Below are positions 12,301-24,300 of a stretch of DNA of 51,900 nt, in pieces. The DNA comes from Nemertoderma westbladi (Eukaryota; Animalia; Xenacoelomorpha), in NCBI GenBank assembly GCA_032718475.1, contig JAUCBJ010003399.1, positions 1 through 51,900 on the forward strand, written 5' to 3'. Positions within the stretch are counted from its first letter, which is position 1, and every line of letters starts with the position of its first letter. A program made the translations under genes and the position numbers. The notes under the pieces were generated by a model, which was not told the origin of the DNA, searched no databases, and worked only from the letters and a program-made list of their open reading frames with translations.

Positions 12301-15300
12301 GTACTCTAAAGTTAGTATAAAAAGTCTGAACAATGCACTCTAAAGTTAGTATAAAAAGTCTTAGAACAATGCACTCTAAAGTTAGTATAGAAAGTCTCAG
12401 AACAATGCACTCTAAAGTTAGTATAAAAAGTCTCAGAACAATGCACTCTATAGTTAGTATAAAAAGTCTCAAGAACAATGCACTCTAAAGTTAGTATAAA
12501 AAGTCTCAAAACAATGCACTCTAAAGTTAGTATAAAAAGTCTCAGAACAATGCACTCTAAAGTTAGTATAAAAAGTCTCAGAACAATGCACTCTAAAGTT
12601 AGTATAAAAAGTCTCAGAACAATGCACTCTAAAGTTAGTATAAAAAGTCTCAGAACAATGCACTCTAAAGTTAGTATAAAAAGTCTCAGAACAATGCACT
12701 CTAAAGTTAGTATAAAAAGTCTCAGAACAATGCACTCTAAAGTTAGTATAAAAAGTCTCAAGAACAATGCACTCTAAAGTTAGTATAAAAAGTCTCAGTA
12801 CAATGCACTCTAAAGTTAGTATAAAAAGTCTCAGAACAATACACTCTAAAGTTTGTATAAAAAGTCTCAGAACAATGCACTCTAAAGTTAGTATAAAAAG
12901 TCTCAGAACAATGCACTCTAAAGTTAGTATAAAAAGTCTCAGTACAATGCACTCTAAAGTTAGTATAAAAAGTCTCAGAACAATACACTCTAAAGTTTGT
13001 ATAAAAAGTCTTAGAACAATGCACTCTAAAGTTAGTATAAAAAGTCTCAGAACAATGCACTCTAAAGTTAGTATAGAAAGTCTCAGAACAATGCACTCTA
13101 AAGTTAGTATAAAAATTCTCAGAACAATACACTCTAAAGTTAGTATAAAAAATCTCAGAACAATGCACTCTAAAGTTAGTATAAAAAGTCTCAGTACAAT
13201 GCACTCTAAAGTTAGTATAAAAAGTCTCAGAACAATACACTCTAAAGTTTGTATAAAAAGTCTTAGAACAATGCACTCTAAAGTTAGTATAAAAAGTCTC
13301 AGAACAATGCACTCTAAAGTTAGTATAGAAAGTCTCAGAACAATGCACTCTAAAGTTAGTATAAAAAGTCTCAGAACAATGCACTCTAAAGTTAGTATAA
13401 AAAGTCTTAGAACAATGCACTCCAAAGTTAGTATAAAAAGCCTCAGAACAATGAACTCTAAAGTTAGTATAAAAAGTCTGAACAATGTACTCTAAAATTA
13501 TTATAAAAATTCTCAGAACAATGCACTCTAAAGTTAGTATAAAAAATCTCAGAACAATGAACTCTAAAGTTAGTATAAAAAGTCTGAACAATGTACTCTA
13601 AAATTATTATAAAAATTCTCAGAACAATACACTCTAAAGTTAGTATAAAAAGTCTCAGAACAATGCACTCTAAAGTTAGTATAGAAAGTCTCAGAACAAT
13701 ACACTCCAAAGTTAGTATAAAAAGCCTCAGAACAATGAACTCTAAAGTTAGTATAAAAAGTCTGAACAATGTACTCTAAAATTATTATAAAAATTCTCAG
13801 AACAATGCACTCTAAAGTTAGTATAAAAAGTCTCAGAACAATGCACTCTAAAGTTAGTATAAAAAGTCTCAGAACAATGCACTATAAAGTTAGTATAAAA
13901 AGTCTCAGAACAATACACTCTAAAGTTAGTATAAAAGTCTCAGAACAATGCACTCTAAAGTTAGTATAAAAAGTCTCAGAACAATGCACTCTAAAGTTAG
14001 TATAAAAAGTCTCAGATAATACACTCTAAAGTTAGTATAAAAAGTCTCAGAACAATGCACTCTAAAGTTAGTATAAAAAGTCTCAGAACAATGCACACTA
14101 AAGTTTGTATAAAAAGTCTCAGAACAATACACTATAAAGTCAGTATAAAAAGTCTCAGAACAATGCACTCTAAAGTTAGTATAAAAAGTCTCAGAACAAT
14201 GCACTCTAAAGTTAGTATAAAAAGTCTCAAAACAATGCACTCTAAAGTTAGTATAAAAAGTCTCAGAACAATGCACTCTAAAGTTAGTATAAAAAGTCTC
14301 AGAACAATGCACTCTAAAGTTAGTATAAAAAGTCTCAGAACAATGCACTCTAAAGTTAGTATAAAAAGTCTCAGAACAATGCACTCTAAAGTTAGTATAA
14401 AAAGTCTCAGAACAATGCACTCTAAAGTTAGTATAAAAAGTCTCAGAACAATGCACTCTAAAGTTAGTATAAAAAGTCTCAGAACAATGCACTCTAAAGT
14501 TAGTATAAAAAGTCTCAGAACAATACACTCTAAAGTTAGTATAAAAAGTCTCAGAACAATGCACTCTAAAGTTAGTATAAAAGGTCTCAGAACAATGCAC
14601 GCTAAAGTTAGTATAAAAAGTCTCTGAACAATGCACTCTAAAGTTAGTATAAAAAGTCTCAGAACAATGCACTCTAAAGTTAGTATAAAAAGTCTCAGAA
14701 CAATGCACTCTAAAGTTAGTATAAAAAGTCTCAGAACAATGCACTCTAAAGTTAGTATAGAAAGTCTCAGAACAATGCACTCTAAAGTTAGTATAAAAAG
14801 AAACAGAACGAAGGAATGCTCTGCTAAGTTAGTATAATACGAGGCAGAGCTGTGCATTGCAGTGTAAGTATAAAAATACAGTATACTGTAAAGTTAGTAT
14901 AAATTTATACAGAACAGTCCATATATTAGTTGACCTTGTATATATTTAACACTAAAAAATTTGAAACTCGAAATCAGAAACACATTAAAAGTGTACTAAT
15001 TGTGTGAACTGTGGTAGAAATATACAACTTCAGATTTTCATTCGACCTCAGATTTTTATAAATTTTTAACATTGGTCGACGGGGTAATAATATGTATTTC
15101 ATTTAATATGTAAAATTGGTTGATTCGCAGGTGCGATCCGTATCGTCCCATTGGAGTCGTCCATCGCGATCACGTCGGGACCATTACCCAGCCGGTTACT
15201 CTTCTCTGCCGGCTTCCGTTTTCGGTTCCGGGGATCACAGTCCCGCCGGGGAATCCACCTCCCTCAGTTCCACGCCCCCCAGATTATCTCCACGGACGCA

Positions 15301-18300
15301 GCACAAACGATTTCCGAAATCCCCAGTTAGTAAAAAAAAGATAATTAATTTTTCAGTCATTCGATAAAAGGACAGAGTTATAAAAGCGTAGCAGGTAACA
15401 TTAGCGATCAACAACGGTCAGTCACCGTTCGAGCGAACGAGCGCGCCGAACGGTCCCCAATACCGGAATTCAATGATATACTCTGCTCAACAACTATAAT
15501 TATTTTTATGTCTCTATAGACAAACATAGATTCTAAAATGTTAGTATTAAATTTAATTTCAAAATTAATGAAAATTTGTCACCCTTAAGTATATACAGTA
15601 TACAGTAATATACGTAGTAAATACGTAACAAAACGGTGTAATTGACCAGCATACAGTTTTACTAGCTTATCGTACGTACTACTGTATTTCATCCGTTACC
15701 AGTCGCAGTCGACTTCTAAACTGGAGAACTGCTGAGTTCCCCACAGGCTAATTATATTTCAGACTTTTGACAGACTAAATGTGTAACAACTTTGGTATAA
15801 TTATACTTTAATCAAAGATTTACTGATTTATAAGCCTTTAAACATTGGGCGACGGATCAAAACCGTCAAACCGACAGATAGGTAATCCGACCACCAACTG
15901 TTTAATAGCGATACTATTGTATTGTATAAGTTTTTCGGGTATAAATTGCACTAAATATAAAACATACTTCTACATGTAAGTTATTCTCGCTTACTTCGTG
16001 GCTCCCCTCACAGCGGTACCCGTAAGCTATACTCACTTACTTCGTGGATGGCCCCACAGCGGTACCCGTAAGCTATACTCACTTACTTCGTGGCTGGCCC
16101 CACAGCGGTACCCTAAGCTATACTCACTTACTTCGTGGCTGGCCCCACAGCGGTACCCTAAGCTATACTCACTTACTTCGTGGCTCGCCCCACAGCGGTA
16201 TCCTTAAGCTATACTCTCTTACTTTGTGGCTCGCCCCACAGCGGTACCCGTAAGCTATACTCACTTACTTCGTGGATGGCCCCACAGCGGTACCCGTAAG
16301 CTAGACTCACTTACTTCGTGGATGGCCCCACAGCGGTACCCTAAGCTATACTCACTTACTTCGTGGCTCGCCCCACAGCGGTATCCTTAAGCTATACTCT
16401 CTTACTTTGTGGCTCGCCCCACAGCGGTACCCGTAAGCTATACTCACTTACTTCGTGGATGGCCCCACAGCGGTACCCGTAAGCTAGACTCACTTACTTC
16501 GTGGATGGCCCCACAGCGGTACCCGTAAGCTATACTCACTTACTTCGTGGCTCGCCCCACAGCGGTACCCGTAAGCTATACTCACTTACTTCGTGGATGG
16601 CCCCACAGCGGTACCCGTAAGCTATACTCACTTACTTCGTGGATGGCCCCACAGCGGTACCCGTAAGCTATACTCACTTACTTCGTGGCTCGCCCCACAG
16701 CGGTACCCGTAAGCTAGACTCACTTACTTCGTGGATGGCCCCACAGCGGTACCCGTAAGCTATACTCACTTACTTCGTGGATGGCCCCACAGCGGTACCC
16801 GTAAGCTATACTCACTTACTTCGTGGCTCGCCCCACAGCGGTACCCGTAAGCTAGACTCACTTACTTCGTGGATGGCCCCACAGCGGTACCCGTAAGCTA
16901 TACTCACTTACTTCGTGGATGGCCCCACAGCGGTACCCGTAAGCTATACTCACTTACTTCGTGGATGGCCCCACAGCGGTACCCGTAAGCTATACTCACT
17001 TACTTCGTGGCTCGCCCCACAGCGGTACCCGTAAGCTAGACTCACTTACTTCGTGGATGGCCCCACAGCGGTACCCTAAGCTATACTCACTTACTTCGTG
17101 GCTTCCCTCACAGCGGTACCCGTAAGCTATACTCACTTACTTCGTGGATGGCCCCACAGCGGTACCCGTAAGCTAGACTCACTTACTTCGTGGATGGCCC
17201 CACAGCGGTACCCGTAAGCTATACTCACTTACTTCGTGGCTGGCCCCACAGCGGTACCCTAAGCTATACTCACTTACTTCGTGGCTCGCCCCACAGCGGT
17301 ATCCTTAAGCTATACTCTCTTACTTTGTGGCTCGCCCCACAGCGGTACCCGTAAGCTATACTCACTTACTTCGTGGATGGCCCCACAGCGGTACCCGTAA
17401 GCTAGACTCACTTACTTCGTGGATGGCCCCACAGCGGTACCCGTAAGCTATACTCACTTACTTCGTGGCTCGCCCCACAGCGGTACCCGTAAGCTAGACT
17501 CACTTACTTCGTGGCTCGCCCCACAGCGGTATCCTTAAGCTATACTCTCTTACTTTGTGGCTCGCCCCACAGCGGTACCCGTAAGCTATACTCACTTACT
17601 TCGTGGCTCGCCCCACAGCGGTATCCTTAAGCTATACTCTCTTACTTTGTGGCTCGCCCCACAGCGGTACCCGTAAGCTATACTCACTTACTTCGTGGAT
17701 GGCCCCACAGCGGTACCCGTAAGCTAGACTCACTTACTTCGTGGATGGCCCCACAGCGGTACCCTAAGCTATACTCACTTACTTCGTGGCTCGCCCCACA
17801 GCGGTATCCTTAAGCTATACTCTCTTACTTTGTGGCTCGCCCCACAGCGGTACCCGTAAGCTATACTCACTTACTTCGTGGCTGGCCCCACAGCGGTACC
17901 CTAAGCTTTACTCACTTACTTCGTGGCTGGCCCCACAGCGGTACCCTAAGCTATACTCACTTACTTCGTGGCTCGCCCCACAGCGGTATCCTTAAGCTAT
18001 ACTCTCTTACTTTGTGGCTCGCCCCACAGCGGTACCCGTAAGCTATACTCACTTACTTCGTGGATGGCCCCACAGCGGTACCCGTAAGCTAGACTCACTT
18101 ACTTCGTGGATGGCCCCACAGCGGTACCCGTAAGCTATACTCACTTACTTCGTGGCTCGCCCCACAGCGGTACCCGTAAGCTATACTCACTTACTTCGTG
18201 GCTCGCCCCACAGCGGTACCCGTAAGCTAGACTCACTTACTTCGTGGATGGCCCCACAGCGGTACCCGTAAGCTAGACTCACTTACTTCGTGGATGGCCC

Positions 18301-21300
18301 CACAGCGGTACCCGTAAGCTATACTCACTTACTTCGTGGCTCGCCCCACAGCGGTACCCGTAAGCTATACTCACTTACTTCGTGGCTCGCCCCACAGCGG
18401 TATCCTTAAGCTATACTCTCTTACTTTGTGGCTCGCCCCACAGCGGTACCCGTAAGCTATACTCACTTACTTCGTGGCTGGCCCCACAGCGGTACCCTAA
18501 GCTTTACTCACTTACTTCGTGGCTGGCCCCACAGCGGTACCCTAAGCTATACTCACTTACTTCGTGGCTCGCCCCACAGCGGTATCCTTAAGCTATACTC
18601 TCTTACTTTGTGGCTCGCCCCACAGCGGTACCCGTAAGCTATACTCACTTACTTCGTGGATGGCCCCACAGCGGTACCCGTAAGCTAGACTCACTTACTT
18701 CGTGGATGGCCCCACAGCGGTACCTGTAAGCTATACTCACTTACTTCGTGGATGGCCCCACAGCGGTACCCGTAAGCTATACTCACTTACTTCGTGGCTC
18801 GCCCCACAGCGGTACCCGTAAGCTAGACTCACTTACTTCGTGGATGGCCCCACAGCGGTACCCGTAAGCTATACTCACTTACTTCGTGGATGGCCCCACA
18901 GCGGTACCCGTAAGCTATACTCACTTACTTCGTGGCTCGCCCCACAGCGGTACCCGTAAGCTAGACTCACTTACTTCGTGGATGGCCCCACAGCGGTACC
19001 CGTAAGCTATACTCACTTACTTCGTGGATGGCCCCACAGCGGTACCCGTAAGCTATACTCACTTACTTCGTGGATGGCCCCACAGCGGTACCCGTAAGCT
19101 ATACTCACTTACTTCGTGGCTCGCCCCACAGCGGTACCCGTAAGCTAGACTCACTTACTTCGTGGATGGCCCCACAGCGGTACCCTAAGCTATACTCACT
19201 TACTTCGTGGCTTCCCTCACAGCGGTACCCGTAAGCTATACTCACTTACTTCGTGGATGGCCCCACAGCGGTACCCGTAAGCTAGACTCACTTACTTCGT
19301 GGATGGCCCCACAGCGGTACCCTAAGCTATACTCACTTACTTCGTGGCTCGCCCCACAGCGGTATCCTTAAGCTATACTCTCTTACTTTGTGGCTCGCCC
19401 CACAGCGGTACCCGTAAGCTATACTCACTTACTTCGTGGATGGCCCCACAGCGGTACCCGTAAGCTAGACTCACTTACTTCGTGGATGGCCCCACAGCGG
19501 TACCCGTAAGCTATACTCACTTACTTCGTGGCTCGCCCCACAGCGGTACCCGTAAGCTATACTCACTTACTTCGTGGATGGCCCCACAGCGGTACCCGTA
19601 AGCTATACTCACTTACTTCGTGGATGGCCCCACAGCGGTACCCGTAAGCTATACTCACTTACTTCGTGGCTCGCCCCACAGCGGTACCCGTAAGCTAGAC
19701 TCACTTACTTCGTGGATGGCCCCACAGCGGTACCCGTAAGCTATACTCACTTACTTCGTGGATGGCCCCACAGCGGTACCCGTAAGCTATACTCACTTAC
19801 TTCGTGGCTCGCCCCACAGCGGTACCCGTAAGCTAGACTCACTTACTTCGTGGATGGCCCCACAGCGGTACCCGTAAGCTATACTCACTTACTTCGTGGA
19901 TGGCCCCACAGCGGTACCCGTAAGCTATACTCACTTACTTCGTGGCTCGCCCCACCGCGGTACCTGTAAGCTATACTCACTTACTTCGTGGATGGCCCCA
20001 CAGCGGTACCCGTAAGCTATACTCACTTACTTCGTGGATGGCCCCACAGCGGTACCCGTAAGCTAGACTCACTTACTTCGTGGATGGCCCCACAGCGGTA
20101 CCCGTAAGCTATACTCACTTACTTCGTGGATGGCCCCACAGCGGTACCCGTAAGCTATACTCACTTACTTCGTGGCTCGCCCCACCGCGGTACCTGTAAG
20201 CTATACTCACTTACTTCGTGGATGGCCCCACAGCGGTACCCGTAAGCTAGACTCACTTACTTCGTGGATGGCCCCACAGCGGTACCCGTAAGCTATACTC
20301 ACTTACTTCGTGGATGGCCCCACAGCGGTACCCGTAAGCTATACTCACTTACTTCGTGGCTCGCCCCACCGCGGTACCTGTAAGCTATACTCACTTACTT
20401 CGTGGATGGCCCCACAGCGGTACCCGTAAGCTATACTCACTTACTTCGTGGATGGCCCCACAGCGGTACCCGTAAGCTAGACTCACTTACTTCGTGGATG
20501 GCCCCACAGCGGTACCCGTAAGCTATACTCACTTACTTCGTGGCTGGCCCCACAGCAGTACCCGTATGCTATACTCGCTTACTTGGTGGCTCGGCTCACA
20601 GCGGTCCCCAAAATATGCTATACTCACTTACTTTGTGGCTCGCCCCACAGCGGTACCCGTAAGCTATACTCACTTACTTCGTGGCTCGCCCCACCGCGGT
20701 ACCCGTAAGCTATACTCACTTACTTCGTGGTTGGCCCCACAGCGGTACCCGTAAGCTATACTCACTTACTTCGTGGCTGGCCCCACAGCAGTACCCGTAT
20801 GCTATACTCGCTTACTTGGTGGCTCGGCTCACAGCGGTCCCCAAAATATGCTATACTCACTTACTTTGTGGCTCGCCCCACAGCGGTACCCGTAAGCTAT
20901 ACTCACTTACTTCGTGGATGGCCCCACAGCGGTACCCGTAAGCTATACTCACTTACTTCGTGGATGGCCCCACAGCGGTACCCGTAAGCTATACTCACTT
21001 ACTTCGTGGCTGGCCCCACAGCGGTACCCGTAAGCTATACTCACTTACTTCGTGGCTGGCCCCACAGCGGTACCCGTAAGCTACAGTATACACGCGTACT
21101 TCGTGGCTCACCCCACATACTTATGTAAATGTAATGAAATACAATTGAATAATTCATGGAATGGGGTCTTGCTATTCAGTAATAATTTACTTTACCTGTC
21201 CGAAGTATAGATTTTATTACCTTTGTCCGGTTGTGTATCACTTTCTCGACTCTACGACTCATTGTAACCCTTGGCTGCTTGGCTTGGCCATCACCATCAG

Positions 21301-24300
21301 ACTAGCTAGCACATAGGTTAATTTCACATTCGCCTCTACTATTGAAGAACGAGTCGTTGAATTTTATAATCACCTTTTCAACCACCTGGCGTCATGTTCT
21401 AACCGATATAGAATATTACCACCAGCTCAATAAATTAACAACCTATTAATTTTCCACAAATTTATTTTACAGAATGAATTAAAGGCAGACAGTGTAACTC
21501 AGGGTCGTATAGAACTGGAGATCTGGCATGACACCCGGTCTAATCTCTTAGTCACCATTTCAGAAGGGCGGGAATTAAGAAAGCGTAGTGATGGTCGACC
21601 ACCTAACCCATATGCTAAAGTGAATCTCCACACGAAGGGATACAAAGCCCATCGATTGTGAGTAACAATGGTAGATTGTTTACGATATAACTTAAATTAA
21701 ATTCGGTGTTATTTAAATAATACTGTTGTCAGTTGAAATAATTAATTCTGACAAAAGGATAAAATGTATAATGTATCATATTGTTGCATTGATATTTATT
21801 AATATTATTTTATTTATTTACATAGCTACATATTGAGTAAATTGTAGAACAGCCAAAAAAATACACTAACAGTCCTATACTGTATTCGTATTCTATTTAT
21901 AACATGTTTTCGATTTCATTTTGGTATTTTGTATTCGTGTCATTTTATTTTTCATTTTTCAATTTCTGCCCCCTAAGCTCCCTCAAGTAGACTTGTACAG
22001 TTTAAGTCTTTCAATTTCTTTACCTAATAAATAATTACTAAATAATAATATTCCCATAGTAACTATCCGGTACACGAGACCCACGTTGTCAATCGAACCT
22101 GCGACCCAGTCTGGGACCAACGACCATTCCTATTTACTGGCTTCACCCAATCAATGATATCCTCTAGTATCCTAGAGGTTTCTGTTTGCGACCGGTTTGA
22201 TAGTCGACATAACCAATGTATTGGACAAGTAAGAAATCCTACCAAGCATTATTAATAAATTAATCTATAATAAGAAAGCGTAACCAATTTATTTTCAAAG
22301 TGTGAAACCTATCTGAATTTTGGCATATTTTACGATTGATAATAAATTTTTGGACAAAAATGTTCTGAGACGGGGAGGGTGGGGGGAAAATGCCATCTCG
22401 GAAATTTAAATGTTACTCAATTGTCAGGTCACTTATAATGTCAGGCAATTGATCACGTTTGGTTGGTAAGTCGCATAGAATCCAAGTTTCGTTAAGTTAA
22501 GTTTCGAATATGTAGTGCAGCGCACTAGAACCAAACTAGATGGGAGGGCATACTAGGCTCTAACTGTGAGGATACCCAACCCCTGGAAGGGGCTGTACAC
22601 AGTGGCAACAATAAACGAAAGTCATAAATAGCACAGGTTTAAGCTTTATATTTTCTGATAATCCGTATGTATTTCCTTCGTTTTCCCTTTGGATTGATGA
22701 ATTTTCAGCTCATCCAGTGACATCCCCACCCCCCCCCCCCCCCCCTCTCTCCTTGTGAACATAAAACACCGTTTACATTAATACTCCCCAATATTTACTA
22801 AGGTCTTACATGTACTATTTATTAGTAGTATTTTAATTATTGTTGCTTGTAGACGACTATAACGTTGGCCGATATTGATGTTTCCGACACGCCGTACTGG
22901 TATCTACTTTACACACCCGCGGCAACACAGTTTATCAATCCACCCCGTAAAGAAGTGTTCCGGTTTCCACAGAATCGCCGACGTTCCAAGGACGACGGAA
23001 TAGCCAGCAACCTCGGCTCGGGTGTGTCTTCGGGAATTATGTTGGAACACTTACATCGGGAAAGAGTTAGAGGTAAATGATTCTTACTTCATTAAGTGCT
23101 TGTTTATTAAAAAAAAGTATCTCACTTTACAAAACTAGGTGCTCTGTGCCCAAATATTTCGGTCGATCGGTACGAATTCATAAGATGATCTAGAAAGTAC
23201 TTCATCCTCATGATATTCAACAAGGAGGCTAAATGCTGAAATCGATGTCGTTCATGGGCCTAGACCCATCTGTGAGACCCACGGGGTAACTCCATGTATC
23301 GTGGGTAACTCCATGTATCCTGGGTAACTCCATGTATCCTGGGTAACTCTATGTATCCTGGGCAACTCCATGTATCCTGGGTAACTCCATGTATCCTGGG
23401 TAACTCCATTTATCCTAGGTCATGTATCCTGGGTAACTCCATGTATCCTGGGTATCTCCATGTATCCTGGGTTACTCCATGTAACCTGGGTAACTCCATG
23501 TATCCTGGGTAACTCCATGTGTCCTGGGTAACTCCATGTATCCTGGGTAACTCCATGAATCCTAGGTCATGTATCCTGGGTAACTCCATGTATCCTGGGT
23601 AACTCCATATATCCTGGGTTACTCCATGTAACCTGGGTAACTCCATGTATCCTGGGTAACTCCATGTATCCTGGGTAACTCCATGTGTCCTGGGTAACTC
23701 CATGTATCCTGGGTAACTCCATGTATCCTGGGTAACTCCCTGTATCCTGGGTTACTCCGTGTATCCTGGGTAACTCCATGTATCCAGGGATAATTTCCTT
23801 TCATAACTGGACCTGGATGGGTAATGAGGAGTCCCTCTGTCTGACGGAAGCGGTTTAATCCCCTTTGATTATAGGCGAATGGGTGAGGAGTTTCGGATTT
23901 CCTTGAAGCCTAACAAATTTTTCGGCAGCATTCGCATCTCCATAGTAATGTGAACATTAAATAAAATGAGACGAAGAGAAAAACAGTTTGTTGTACATTG
24001 TCATATTGTTTTCCGATAAAACAAAGACCAATAATTAAAAGAAATGTAATTAAAATTATACGAAAATTATATATTTGAATTTCCCAGCGAACTGCATACT
24101 ATTTGTTTTTTTACTTTGATGTTAATGCAATTCAATGAATCTTTGTGAAATGCTTTGAATGTGTTGCCAGAGCACATCGAGCTTATATTGTAAGATATAC
24201 ACCATTTCCCGTAATATAGTGTCATTTTCTGATGACACGGACCCCCCCCCCCCCCCCCCGATTTGTATACAAATCTTTATCATATTGCTTGAAATTTGAA

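Larger units (their letters stand above)
1544..14900. repeat. 36-bp intronic satellite (AGAACAATGCACTCTAAAGTTAGTATAAAAAGTCTC), roughly 260 copies, interrupted by two LINE copies
   Basis: Homogeneous blocks at about 1687-4286, 6176-6359 and 8246-14800; degenerate units at both edges; 34- and 37-bp variants in the right block. Confidence 0.97.

Noticed and set aside
1674-14857. Long repetitive ORFs (for example 866 aa MHSKVSIKSLRT, 743 aa, 520 aa)
   Set aside because: They are by-products of a 36-bp (multiple of 3) satellite that lacks stops in several frames; they lie inside an intron, and indels in the right block break them freely.
15330-15975. Additional RIM exon immediately before the 46-bp satellite
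   Set aside because: Candidate AG/GT pairs gave stops or incompatible phases; the flanking exons already join in phase 0.
15976-21115. Regular 36-46 bp repeats as a CRISPR array
   Set aside because: Units are head-to-tail with no unique spacers, there are no cas genes, and the context is eukaryotic.
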